Source: the human T2T-CHM13v2.0 reference genome, Homo sapiens
Reading direction: 5' to 3' (one strand)
Length of the DNA stretch: 64,000 nt
Assembly: GCF_009914755.1 (NCBI RefSeq)
Contig: NC_060931.1
A program made the translations under genes and the position numbers. Positions within the stretch are counted from its first letter, which is position 1. Each line of letters starts with the position of its first letter. Under the pieces are notes generated by a model. The model did not search any database, was not told where the DNA came from, and saw only the letters and a list, made by a program, of their open reading frames with translations. Positions 48,784 to 64,000 of the stretch are shown here, piece after piece.

Positions 48784-50527
48784 CGGGGGACCTCCCTTGG
48801 GAGATCAATCCCCTGTCCTCCTGCTCTTTGCTCCATGAGAAAGATCCACCTACGACCTTGGGTCCTCAGATCGACCACCCAAGGAACATCTCACCAATTT
48901 TAAATCGGGTAAGTGGCCTTTTTTCACTCCCTTCTCCAACCTCTCTTAGTATCCCTCAACCTCTTTCTCCTTTCAATCTTGGTGCCACACTTCAGTCTCT
49001 CCCTTCTCTTAATTTCAGTTCCTTTCCTTTTCCGGTAGACACAAAGGAGATGCATTTTATCCATGAACCCAAAACTCCGGCACTGGTCACAGACTCAGGA
49101 AGAGAGTCTCCCTTGGTGTTTAATCACACGGGGATGCCTGCCTGATTATTCACCCACATTTCAGAGGTGTCTGACCATGTGGGGATGCCTGCCTTGGTCC
49201 TTCACCCTTAGTGGAAAGTACCGCTTTTCTGGGGGGCAAGAACCCCCTGACCCCTTCTCTCTGTGTCTCTACCCCTTTTCTGCTTTTCTAGGGGGCAAGA
49301 ATCCCCCAACCCCTTCTCTCCGTGTCTCCACCTCTTCTCCACTTTTCTGAGGGGCAAGAACCCCCTGAACCCTTCTCTCCATGTCTCTACCCCTTCTCCA
49401 CTTTCCTAGGGGGCAAGCACCCCTGACGCCTTCTCTCTATGTCTCTACTCTCTCTTTTCTCTGGGCTTGCCTCCTTCACTATGGGCAGCCTTCCACCCTC
49501 CATTCCTCCTTCTTCTCCCTTAGCCTGTGTTCTCAAGAACTTAAAACCTCTTCAACTCACACCTGACCTAAACCTAAATGCCTTATCTTCTTCTACAATG
49601 CTGCTTGACCCCAATACAAACTCGACAGTGGTTCCAAATAGCCAGAAAACAGCACTTTTGATTTTTCCATCCTACAAGATCTAGATAATTCTTGTCATAA
49701 AATAGGCAAACGGTCTGAGGTGCCTGACATCCAGGCATTCTTTTACACATTGTTCCCTTCCTACTGTCTGTTCCCAATGTGACTTGTCCCAAATCCTCCT
49801 TCTTTCCCTCCTGCCTGTCCTCTCAGTCCCAACCCCAGGCGTTGCTGAGTCTTTCTAATCTTCCTTTTCTACAGACCCATCTGACTTCTCCCCTCTTCCC
49901 CAGGCTGCTCCTCGCCAGGCTGAGCCAGGTCCTAATTCTTCCTCAGCCTCTGCTCCCCCACCCTATAATCCTTTTATCACCTCCCCTCCTCACACCCAGT
50001 CTGGCTTATAGTTTTATTCCACGACTAGCCCTCCCCAACCTGCCCAGCAATTTCCTCTTAAAAAGGTGGCTGGAGCTAAAGTCATAGTCAAGGTTAATGC
50101 TCCTTTTTCTTTATCTGAACTCTCCCAAATCAGTTAGCATTTAGGCTCTTTCATCAAATATGAAAAACCCAACCCAGTTCATGGCTTGTTCGGCAGCAAC
50201 CGAGACACTTTACAGCCCTAGACCCTAAAAGGTCAAAAGGTCATCTTATTCTCAATATACATTTTATTATCCAATCCACTCCTGACATTAAATAAAACTC
50301 CAAAAATTAAATTCTGGCCCTCAAACCCCACAACAGGACTTAATTAACCTCACCTTCAAGGTGTACAATAATAGAGTAGAGGCAGCCAAGTAGCAATGTA
50401 TTTCTGAGTTGCAATTCCTTGCCTCCATTGTGAGACAAACCCCAGCCACATCTCCAGCACATGAAAACTCCAAATGCCTGAACCGCAGCTGCCAGGGATT
50501 CCTCCAGAACCTCCTCCCCCAGGAGCT

Positions 50528-50569
50528 TGCTACAAGTGCCAGAAATCTGGCCACTGAGCCAAGGAATGC
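50528..50569 (+). pseudogene. HERV-H gag CCHC zinc-knuckle remnant with an internal stop
   Basis: Translates to CYKCQKSGH*AKEC. Confidence 0.8.
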
Positions 50570-51169
50570 CCACAGTCCAGGATTCCTCCTAAGCTGTGTC
50601 CCATCTGTGTGGAACCCCACTGAAAATTGGACTGTTCAACTCACCTGGCAGCCACTTCCAGAGCCCCTGGAACTCTGGCCCAAGGCTCTCTGACTCCTTC
50701 CCAGATCTTCTCAGCTTAGTGGCTGAAGACTGACACTGCCCGATCGCCTTGGAAGCCTACAGGACCATCACAGACGCTCTAGGTAAGTCTCACAGTGGAG
50801 GGTAAGTCCGTCCCCTTACTCAATTCGGAGGCTACCCACTCCACATCACCTTCTTTTCAAGGGCCTGTTTCCCTTGCCTCCATAACTGTTGTGAGTATTG
50901 ACAGCCAGGCTTCTAAACCTCTTAAAACTCTCCAACTCTGGTGCCGACTTATACAACATTCTTTTATGCACTCTTTTTTAGTTATCCCCACCTGCCCAGT
51001 TCCCTTATTAGGCTGAGACATTTTAACTAAATTATCTGCTTCCCTGACTGTTCCTGGACTACAGCCACACCTCATTGCTGCCCTTTTCCCCAGTTCAAAG
51101 CCTCCTTCGCATCCTCCTCTCATATCCCCCCACCTTAACCCACAAGTATAAGATACCTCTACTCCCTCC

Positions 51170-52130
51170 TTGGTGACCGATCATGCACCCCTTACCATCC
51201 CATTAAAACCTAATCACCCTTACCCCGCTCAATGCCAATATCCCATCCCACAGCACGCTTTAAAAGGATTAAAGTCTGTTATCACTCGCCTGCTACAGCA
51301 TGGCCTTTTAAAGCCTATAAACTTCCCTTACAATTCCCCCATTTTACCTGTTCTAAAACCAGACAAAACTTACAGGTTAGTTTGGGATCTGCGCCTTGTC
51401 AACCAAATTATTTTGCCTATCCACCCCACGGTGCCAAACCCATATATTCTCCTATCCTCAATACCTCCCTCCACAACCCAATATTCTGTTCTGGATCTCA
51501 AACATGCCTTCTTTACTATTCCTTTGCACCCTTCATCCCAGCCTCTCTTCGCTTTCACTTGGCCTGACTGACACCCATCAGGCTCAGCAAATTACCCGGG
51601 CTGTACTGCCTCAAGGCTTCACAGACAGCCCCCATTCCTTCAGTTGAACCCAAATTTCTTCTTCATCTGTTACCTATCTCAGCATAATTCTCATAAAAAC
51701 ACACATGCTCTCCCTGCTGATCGTTTCCAACTGATCTCTCAAACCCCAGCACCTTCTACAAAACAACAACCCCTTTCCTTCCTAGTCATGGTTAGATACT
51801 TTTGACTTTAGGTACCTGATTTTGCCATCCTAACAAAACCATTATATAAACTCACAAAAGGAAACCTAGCTGACCCCATAGATCCTAAATCCTTTCCCCA
51901 CTCCTCTTTCCATTCCTTGAAGACAGCTTTAGAGACTGCCCCCACCCTAGCTCTCCCTGACTCATCCCAACCCTTTTCATTACCCACAGCCGAAGTGCAG
52001 GGCTGTGCAGTTGGAATTCTTACACGAGAACCCACACCGCGCCCTGTAGCCTTTTTATCCAAACAACTTGACCTTACTGTTTTGCCTAGCCCTCAAGTCT
52101 GCGTGCGGCGGCCGCCACCACCCTAATACT
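51170..52130 (+). pseudogene. HERV-H pol remnant (RT and connection region), frameshifted
   Basis: YNSPILPVLKPDKTYRLVWDLR, SVLDLKHAFFTIPL, LPQGFTDSP, RPVAFLSKQLD. Confidence 0.88.
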
Positions 52131-53696
52131 TTTAGAGGCCCTTAAAATCACAAACTATGCTCAACTCACTCTCTACAGTTCTCATAACTTCCAAAATCTA
52201 TTTTCTTCCTCACACCTGACACATATACTTTTTACTCCCTGGCTCCTTCAGCTGTACTCTTTGTTGAGTCTCCCACAATTACCATTGTTCCTGGCCCGGA
52301 CTTCAATCTGGCCTCCCACCTTATTCCTGATACCACACCTGACCTCCATGACTGTGTCTCTCTGATCCACCTGACATTCACCCTATTTCCCCATATTTCC
52401 TTCTTTCCTGTTCCTCACCCTGATCACACTTGGTTTATTGATGGCAGTTCCACCAGGCCTAATCACCACACACCAGTAAAGGCAGGCTATGCTATAGAAC
52501 AAGCCACTATCCCACCTCTTAGAACCTCTCCTTTCCTTTCCATCGTGGAAATCTATCCTCAAGGAAATAACTTCTCGGTGTTCCATCTGCTATTCTACTA
52601 CTCAGGGATTATTCAGGCCCCCTCCCTTCCCTACACATCAAGCTCAGGGATTTGCCCCCACCCAGGACTGGCAAATTGGCTTTATTCAACATGCCCCGAG
52701 TCAGGAAACTAAAATACCTCTTGGTCTAGGTAGACACTTTCACTGGATAGGTAAAGGCCTTTCCCACAGGGTCTAAGAAGGCCACCACGGTCATTTCTTC
52801 CCTTCTCTTAGACAAAATTCCTCGGTTTGGCCTTCCCACCTCTAGTCCTATAACGGACTGGCCTTTATTAGTCAAATCACCCAAGCAGTTTCTCAGGCTC
52901 TTAGTATTCAGTGAACTAATGGTCTTTTAAAAACACACCTTACCAAGCTCAGCCACCAACTTAAAAAGGACTGGACAATACTTTTACCACTTGCCCTTCT
53001 CAGAATTCAGGCCTGTCCTCACAATGCTACAAGGTACAGCCCAGTTAAGCTCCTGTATAGACACTCCTTTTTATTAGGCCCCAGTCTTATTCCAGACACC
53101 AGACCAACTTAGACTGTGCCCCCAAAAACTTGTCATTCCTACTATCTTCTGTCTAGTGATACTCCTATTCACTGTTCTCAACTACTCATAAATGCCCTGC
53201 TCTTGTTTACACTGCCAGTTTACACTGTTTCTCCAAGCCATCACAGCTGGTATCTCCTGGTGCTATCCCCAAACCGCCTCTCTTAACTCTTAAAGTAAAT
53301 AAATAATCTTTGCTGGCAAGGCTGTGCTGAACCTCCTTAGGCACTCTAATTAGATGTCCTAGGTCCTCCCAATTCTTAGTCCTTTGATACCTGTTTTTCT
53401 CCTTCTCTTATTCCATTTAGTTTTTCAATTCATACAAAACCATATCCAGGCCATCACCAGTAATTCTACACGACAAATGTTTCTTCTAGCAACCCCACGA
53501 TATCACCCCTTACCACAAAATCTTCCTTCAGCTTAATCTCTCCCACTCTAGGTTCCCACGCCGCCCCTAATCCCGCTCGAAGCAGCCCTGAGAAACATCA
53601 CCCATTATCTCTCCATATCACCCCCCAAAATTTTCGCCGCCCCAACACTTTACCCCATTTCATTTTATTTTTCTTATTAATATAAGAAGACAGGAA

Positions 53697-54122
53697 AATC
53701 AGGCCTCTGAGCCCAAGCTAAGCCATCATATCCCCTGTGACCTGCACGTATAAATCCAGATGGCCTGAGGTAACTGAAGAATGACAAAAGAAGTGAAAAT
53801 GGCCTGTTCCTGCCTTAACTAATAACATTACCTTCTGAAATTCCTTTTCCTGGCTCATCCTGGCTCAAAAGCTCCCCCACTGAGCACCTTGTGACCCCCA
53901 CCCCTGCCCACCAGAGAACAACCCCCCTTGGACTGTAATTTTCCTTTACCTACCCAAATCTTATAAAACCCCGCTCTCCCTTCACTGACTCTCTCTTCAC
54001 TGACCACCCCTCTCTCCCTTCACTGACTCTGTTTTCGGACTCAGCCCGCCTGCACCCAGGTGATTAAAAGCGTTATTGCTCACACAAAACCTGGTGGTCT
54101 CTTCACACGGACTCAAGTGAAA
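53697..54122 (+). mobile_element. HERV-H 3' LTR preceded by the polypurine tract
   Basis: AAGAAGACAGGAA PPT; LTR near-identical to the 5' copy; terminal TG changed to AA. Confidence 0.9.
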
Positions 54123-54430
54123 CTGACCTCAAGTGATCCGCCCACCTCAGCCTCCCAAATTGCTGGAATTACAGGTGTGCGCCCCTGCGGCCAATTTTAT
54201 ACGTTTTAGAGGGATGGAAGTTACAGGCATACGTCAATCAATACGTGTAAAGTGTACATTTGTTCACTCAGGAATCGTGGAACAATTTGGGGTGTGGGGC
54301 AGGGGGACTTCCAGATCGTAGGTAAATTCCAAGATTTTCTGATTGGAAATTGGTCGAAAGAGTAAAGTTATGATCTAAAGACCTGGAATCAACAGAAAGG
54401 CGTGTCTGGTTTAAAAATAAGAGGTTGTGG

Positions 54431-55040
<610 letters not shown>

Positions 55041-55080
55041 AAAAGATAAGGGGTTGTGGAGACCACCTGTTTTTTTTTGA

Positions 55081-55263
<183 letters not shown>

Positions 55264-56614
55264 TAGCCAGGATGGTCTGGATCTCCTGACCTTGTGATCT
55301 GCCCACCTCGGCCTCCCAAAGTGCTGGGATTACAGGCATGAGCCAAGACCAAGGTTCTTGTTATGCAGATGAAGCCTCCAGGTAGCAGGCTTCAGAGAGA
55401 ATAGATGGTAAGTGTTTCTCATCAGACTTAAAAAGGTGCCAGACTCTTAGTTATATCTCTCCTGAATCAGGAGAAGACCTGGAAAGGGAAGGGGACTCTC
55501 TACACAGTGTAGATTTTCCCTACAAGAGACAGATTTGCAGGGCTGTTTCAAAATATGTCAAAGAAAAATTTATTTTGGGGTAAAATACTTCTGTTTCTTT
55601 CAGGACCTGCTATCTGTCATGTGATGCTGTACTTCAGTCAGGTTGGAATTTGGTATCTTATTGCTACAAAGAGTCTGTTTTGTCAGCCTTAAGATCTCTG
55701 TGTTGATGTTAATGCTGGTCAGTTGTGCCTGAATTCCAAAGAGATGAGGGCAGAATGAGGCATGTCCAACACTCCTTCCCATCATGGCCTGAACTAGTTT
55801 TGCAGGTTTACTTTGGAATGCCCTTGGCGAGAAGGAGTCCGCTCAGTAGGTTGGGGGGCTTAGAATTTTCTTTTTGGTTTACAGGTGCAAAGCTTGTGAT
55901 TTAGCCAGGAGATTTCCTGCCCCTCCCAAGGGGGCAGATTTTGCTTCAACCCTCCCTCACCATGTAATGAGGGGCTGGTCCTATCCCTCCCCCAGAAATA
56001 CATGGCCTTACTTGTACCCTTACTTCCACCAGGAGTGAACCTTTGCCTGTCCTCAGGGGATGGGAAGGATTCCTGCCCCTTCCCCTGAGGCTTAAGTCCT
56101 TCTGCTTCTTGTGAGACAAGGTTCTGGGAGGTAGGAGGGGGTTCATGCCTGAGAACCACTGAGGGAGCCTCTTTCTTGTCTCATTGTACCTCCAATCTTT
56201 CTCATGAGCACCAAGAGGTGGAAAAGAGATTGCGAGTGAACTTGGGGTCTGCTAGATCCTGATGCACCCAGGGGGATTCTAAGTTGTCATGCTGGCCCAC
56301 TCCTGGCCTCTGAGAATTCATTAAAATGTTGTTTTCCTATCACCTGCTTTTTTGGTGGCCACTTCTTCCTCCTGTGCTCTGACAAAGGTGGAACTTTTCA
56401 TGTGTCCTGTCTCTCCTGAGAGGGTGCGGTCACTCTTTGGACCTCAGTTCACCTGGTTGCCTTGAAGCCTAAATTTCTGATGGGCTCAAGAAATGCCAAA
56501 ACCTATAGATTACCCAGCTTTTTCTTCTTTTTATGGTAGGAGTGATAGTCTCTTGTGGATTTATTTTATGTATTAATTTTATTGCACTTTTTGTAGAGAT
56601 GGGGGCCTTGCTAG

Positions 56615-56731
<117 letters not shown>

Positions 56732-56738
56732 TAAGTGA

Positions 56739-56885
<147 letters not shown>

Positions 56886-57578
56886 TGACCAGCTGGGATT
56901 ACAGGCACATGCCACCACGCCTGGCTAATTTTGTATTTTTAGTAGAGATGGAGTTTCACCATGTTAGCCAGGCTAGTCTCAAACTCCCGACCTCAGGATC
57001 TGCCCACCTCGGCCTCCCAAAGTGCTGGGATTACAGGCGTGAGCCATTGTGCCCAGCAAAAATCCAATAATTTTTAATAACTCAAAATATGATTTTGACT
57101 ACGTAAATTTTTTTTTTTCCCTTTGTCCCTCTTTGTAATTTGATGCTTTGGTATCTCAGTTCTAGTTTTTGATTTGGCTCCAGGTAGTACAAGTTCTCAT
57201 GGATTACATGTATGGTTTAGAATCCTGAAGTCAATGAGATGAGAGCAGACCTAACATCAAACACTTGAAGTAAAGAAATTTATGTGGAAGGAATATATAA
57301 AATGAGTTTACATTGGGTAGTTTGGATAAAGCATAACATTAGAGAAGGGTACATGTAGCTAGATGTGTCTTTACCTTTAAAAAAACTTGAATATTGAGGC
57401 TGGGTGCAGTGGCTCATGCCTGCAATCTTAGCACTTTTGGAGGCCAAGACGGGCGGATCACTTGAGGTCAGGAGTTTGAGACCAGCCTGGCCAACATGGT
57501 GAAACTATTTTTAGTCTCTACTAAAAATACAAAAATTGGCCAGGCATGGTGGTGCATGCCTGTAATCCCAGCTACTCA

Positions 57579-57743
<165 letters not shown>

Positions 57744-57947
57744 TTATTTCCATTTTCAGTAATAAATACATGTGTGTATCCAATAACTTATTAAAATGTA
57801 GATTTGTTTATTGAAAAACTTATTAGCATGAGGTCAGGAGATCAAGACCATCCTGGTTGACACAGTGAAACCCCATCTCTGCTAAGAAAGTACGAAGGAA
57901 AATTAGCTGGGTGTGGTGGCAGTGGTAGGCGCCTGTAGTCCGAGCTA

Positions 57948-58610
<663 letters not shown>

Positions 58611-60136
58611 GGCCGGGTGCGGTGATTCACACCTGTAATCCCAGCACTTTGGGAGGCCGAGGCAGGCAGATCATGAGGTCAGGAGTTTGAGACCAGCCTG
58701 GCCAACGTGGTGAAACCCCGTCTCTACTAAAATACAAAAAAATTAGCCGGGGTTGGTGGTGCATGCCTGTAGTCCCAGCTACTTGGGAGGCTGAGGCAGG
58801 AGAATCACTTGAATCTGGGAGGTAGAGGCTCACCATCTACCCGGCTAATTTTTTTGTATTTTTAGTAGAGACGGGGTTTCACCACGTTGGCCAGGCTGGT
58901 CTCGAACTCCTGACCTCATGATCCGCATCCCCCCTCCCCCCGCGGCCTTCGAAAGTGCTGGGATTACAGGCGTGAGCCACCGCACCCAGCTCAATGGCTG
59001 AACTTTTAGCTTCATTTTAGCAGAGTTCAGACACCCCCATAATCCTAATCTTGTGAGTTGTCATTAGTTTTACAAAGGCAGTTTGGTCCCAGAACAAACA
59101 GGTGGTAGTTTTGGGAAGGGCTATTATCATCCTTGCTTTAAGTTTAAACCATAAATTAAATTCCTCCCCAAGTTAACCTAGCCTATGCCCAGGAATGAAC
59201 AAGGACAGTTTAGAGGCTAGAAGCAAGAAGAAGTCAGCTAGATTACATTATTTTACTGCCATCATTTTCCTGTGTCGGGTCTTACTCACTGTCATAATTT
59301 CTTTTTTCTTTTTTTTTAAAGACAGAGTCCTACTCTGTCACCCAGGCTGGAGTACAGTGGGGTGATCTCGGCTCACTGCAACCTCTACCTCCCAGATTCG
59401 AGTGATTCTCCTGTCTCAGCCTCCTGAGTAGCTGGGATTACAGGCACCTGCCACCATGTCCGGCTAAGTTTTAGTAGAGACGGGTTTTGCCATGTTGGCC
59501 AGGCTGGTCTCGAACTCCTGACCTCAAGCACTCCACCTACCTTGGCCTCCCAAAGTGCTGGGATTACAGGTGTGAGCCACTGCACCCGGCCTCTGTCATA
59601 ATTTTTGCAAAGGCGGTTTCAGTGGGGTCTCCAAACCACTCTCCTTGGCCAGGTTACCAGTTTCCCACCTGGGCACAGTGGGTTAGGGTCCTGGGGGTTG
59701 GTCCTCCCAACTCCAGTGTCTTCTGGTACCATCCTCCCTCCTTGCAGCAAATATAGTGTCTGTGGTCCAACTCTGGAGTTACTGTGGCCAGAGGCTCTTA
59801 GTTACCAGATTAACTGTCCCTTCCCCACTCCTTTCCCCACCAACCATCTGCTTCTGTACCAGCTACCTGGCTAGGAGGATTTCTACCTCCCCCTACCTAG
59901 GGGTCTGGCCCTGTGGTAAGACTGCACCCACCCGTGAAGCCACGCCCCATCCAGGAAACCACACCCACTCAAGAAGCCCTGCCCACCCAAGAAGCCCCAC
60001 CTGCCAGCAAGCCACAGCCATCCAAGAAACCCCACCCATCCAGGGAGCCCTGCCCAGCCCATCAGATGGTCCCACTCACCCATGAAAGCCACTGCCGAGG
60101 TATTCACAGCCCTGCTGCTATTCGGCCTGCCCATCA

Positions 60137-60592
<456 letters not shown>

Positions 60593-60914
60593 CTAGGAAT
60601 TGTCCAATCTTCAACATTATCTAGAAAGTTTCTCCCAAATGATGCTTTAGTTTAGAATACTGTACCCCTCTCTCTCTCTGCATTTTCACAATCTGAGGTT
60701 TTTCTTGTTTGATCGTTTATTTTATTTTATTTTACTATTCTATTTTTTGCACCAGAACGCCCATGGAAACACATGCAGTCCCGTGACCTCACGCTGGATT
60801 TTTCAGTTTCTAGAAATTAAATCAGCAAATTTGGAGTCCAAAGAAATGGGTTGCTAGGTGTGGTGGCACACCCCTGTAATCCCAGCACTTTGGGAGGCTG
60901 AGGCAGGTGGATCA

Positions 60915-61163
<249 letters not shown>

Positions 61164-61317
61164 TTAAAACTTGACAATAATAGAATTTTACATGAGAACT
61201 ATGGGGGTGTCTAGCATGTTTCCCTTGAGTGTAGGCTGTCAGCATTGGTGAAGTGATCGCTTTGGGTTGCTGATTGAGAAGCTACTTGTTCTCTCAGAAT
61301 GGAAGAATATTCAGGAG

Positions 61318-62259
<942 letters not shown>

Positions 62260-62384
62260 CTATAACCCAGCTCCGGCCATAGACCCTGTTCCGATGAAGA
62301 CAATGTTCTATCTCTAATGATCCAATATGGCAGACAGCAGCCATATGTGGCATTGTACTCTTAAAATATGGATAATGCAACTGA

Positions 62385-62792
<408 letters not shown>

Positions 62793-62799
62793 TAGAAAA

Positions 62800-63425
62800 A
62801 GGGGATGCAAGTGCAGGTTTGTTACAAAGGTATATGATGTGATGCTGAGTTTTGGGGTATGAATGAATATGTCACCAAGGTAGTGAGCATAGTATCCAGT
62901 AGATCATTTTTTCAGCCCTTGCCCTGCTCCTTCTCTTCTACCTCTAATAGTCCCTGTGTCTATTGTTTTTATTTTTATGTCCATGTGCACCCAATATTTA
63001 GCTCCCACTTATAAGTGAGAATAAGCGTTATTTGGTTTTTTGTTTCTGCGTTAGTTAGCTCAGACTAGTGGTTTCCAGCTGTATCCCCGTTGCTGCAATG
63101 GACATGATTTTGTTCTTTTTTATGGCTGTGTAGTAATCCATGGTGTATGTATACTGTATTTTTCACCATAGATGGGCATCTAGGTTGATTCCATGTCTTT
63201 TCTATTGTGAATACTGTTGTGCCATGGGTGCAGGTGTCCTTTTGGTAGAACAATTTATTTTTTGGGGGGATAGTTACCCAGTAGTGGGGTTGCTGGGTTG
63301 GTTGGTACTTCGACTCATAGTTCTTTGAGAAATATCCGAACTGCTCTTCGTAATGGCTGAACAATTTACATTCTGACCAACAGTGAATGAGTGTTCCCTT
63401 TTCTCCACAGCCTTGCTGCCATCTG
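62800..63425 (-). mobile_element. L1 3'-end fragment (end of ORF2 plus 3'UTR)
   Basis: ORF 63065-63364 contains TIEKTWNQPRCPSM, typical of the L1 ORF2 C-terminus. Confidence 0.8.
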
Positions 63426-63448
63426 TTTTTTTTTTTTTAAATATATGA

Positions 63449-63936
<488 letters not shown>

Positions 63937-64000
63937 TAGTAGAGACGGGGGCCAGGCTGGTCTCAAACTCCTGACCTCGAGTGATCTGCCAGCGTCAGCC

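Larger units (their letters stand above)
48367..54122 (+). mobile_element. HERV-H provirus, 5756 bp, deleted form with decayed gag-pro-pol and little env
   Basis: Two LTR7-family LTRs, tRNA-His PBS, gag zinc knuckle, RT motifs, polypurine tract; 5-bp TSD CTGAC at 48362-48366 and 54123-54127. Confidence 0.95.

Noticed and set aside
51170-51571. 133-aa reverse-transcriptase ORF as an active or novel RT system
   Set aside because: Fragment of HERV-H pol; the frame breaks before LPQG and no intact YxDD motif is seen

Overview
Human genomic DNA, recognisable as the 7q22.1 SRRT-UFSP1-ACHE locus. Bases 1-24 kb hold three tightly packed genes: SRRT/ARS2 on + (20 exons; the spliced CDS reconstructs to 876 aa), intronless UFSP1 on -, and ACHE on - (alternative T, H and R C-termini plus alternative 5' exons). 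Bases 24-64 kb hold no protein-coding gene that I can support. They are saturated with Alus and ERV LTRs and include a 5.76-kb HERV-H provirus, an RPS29 processed pseudogene and a 7SL retrocopy. The most striking signals are non-canonical decoding events. The UFSP1 catalytic Cys lies upstream of the first AUG and needs a CUG start. SRRT exon 18 has three in-frame acceptors, one of them a TG. SRRT intron 5 has a candidate poison exon. ACHE has two possible N-terminal extensions and a TAG that is both a stop codon and a splice acceptor. Several of these are already described in the literature and are flagged as such. Possibly undescribed sequence-level oddities include an AT-rich inverted repeat next to a candidate distal ACHE enhancer, a locally templated insertion inside an Alu, a multi-layer nested transposon stack, an AP-1 minisatellite and an orphan 63-nt exon-like segment. 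I see no evidence of a wholly new biological system. Repeat family names come from recall of consensus sequences and need Dfam/RepeatMasker confirmation.
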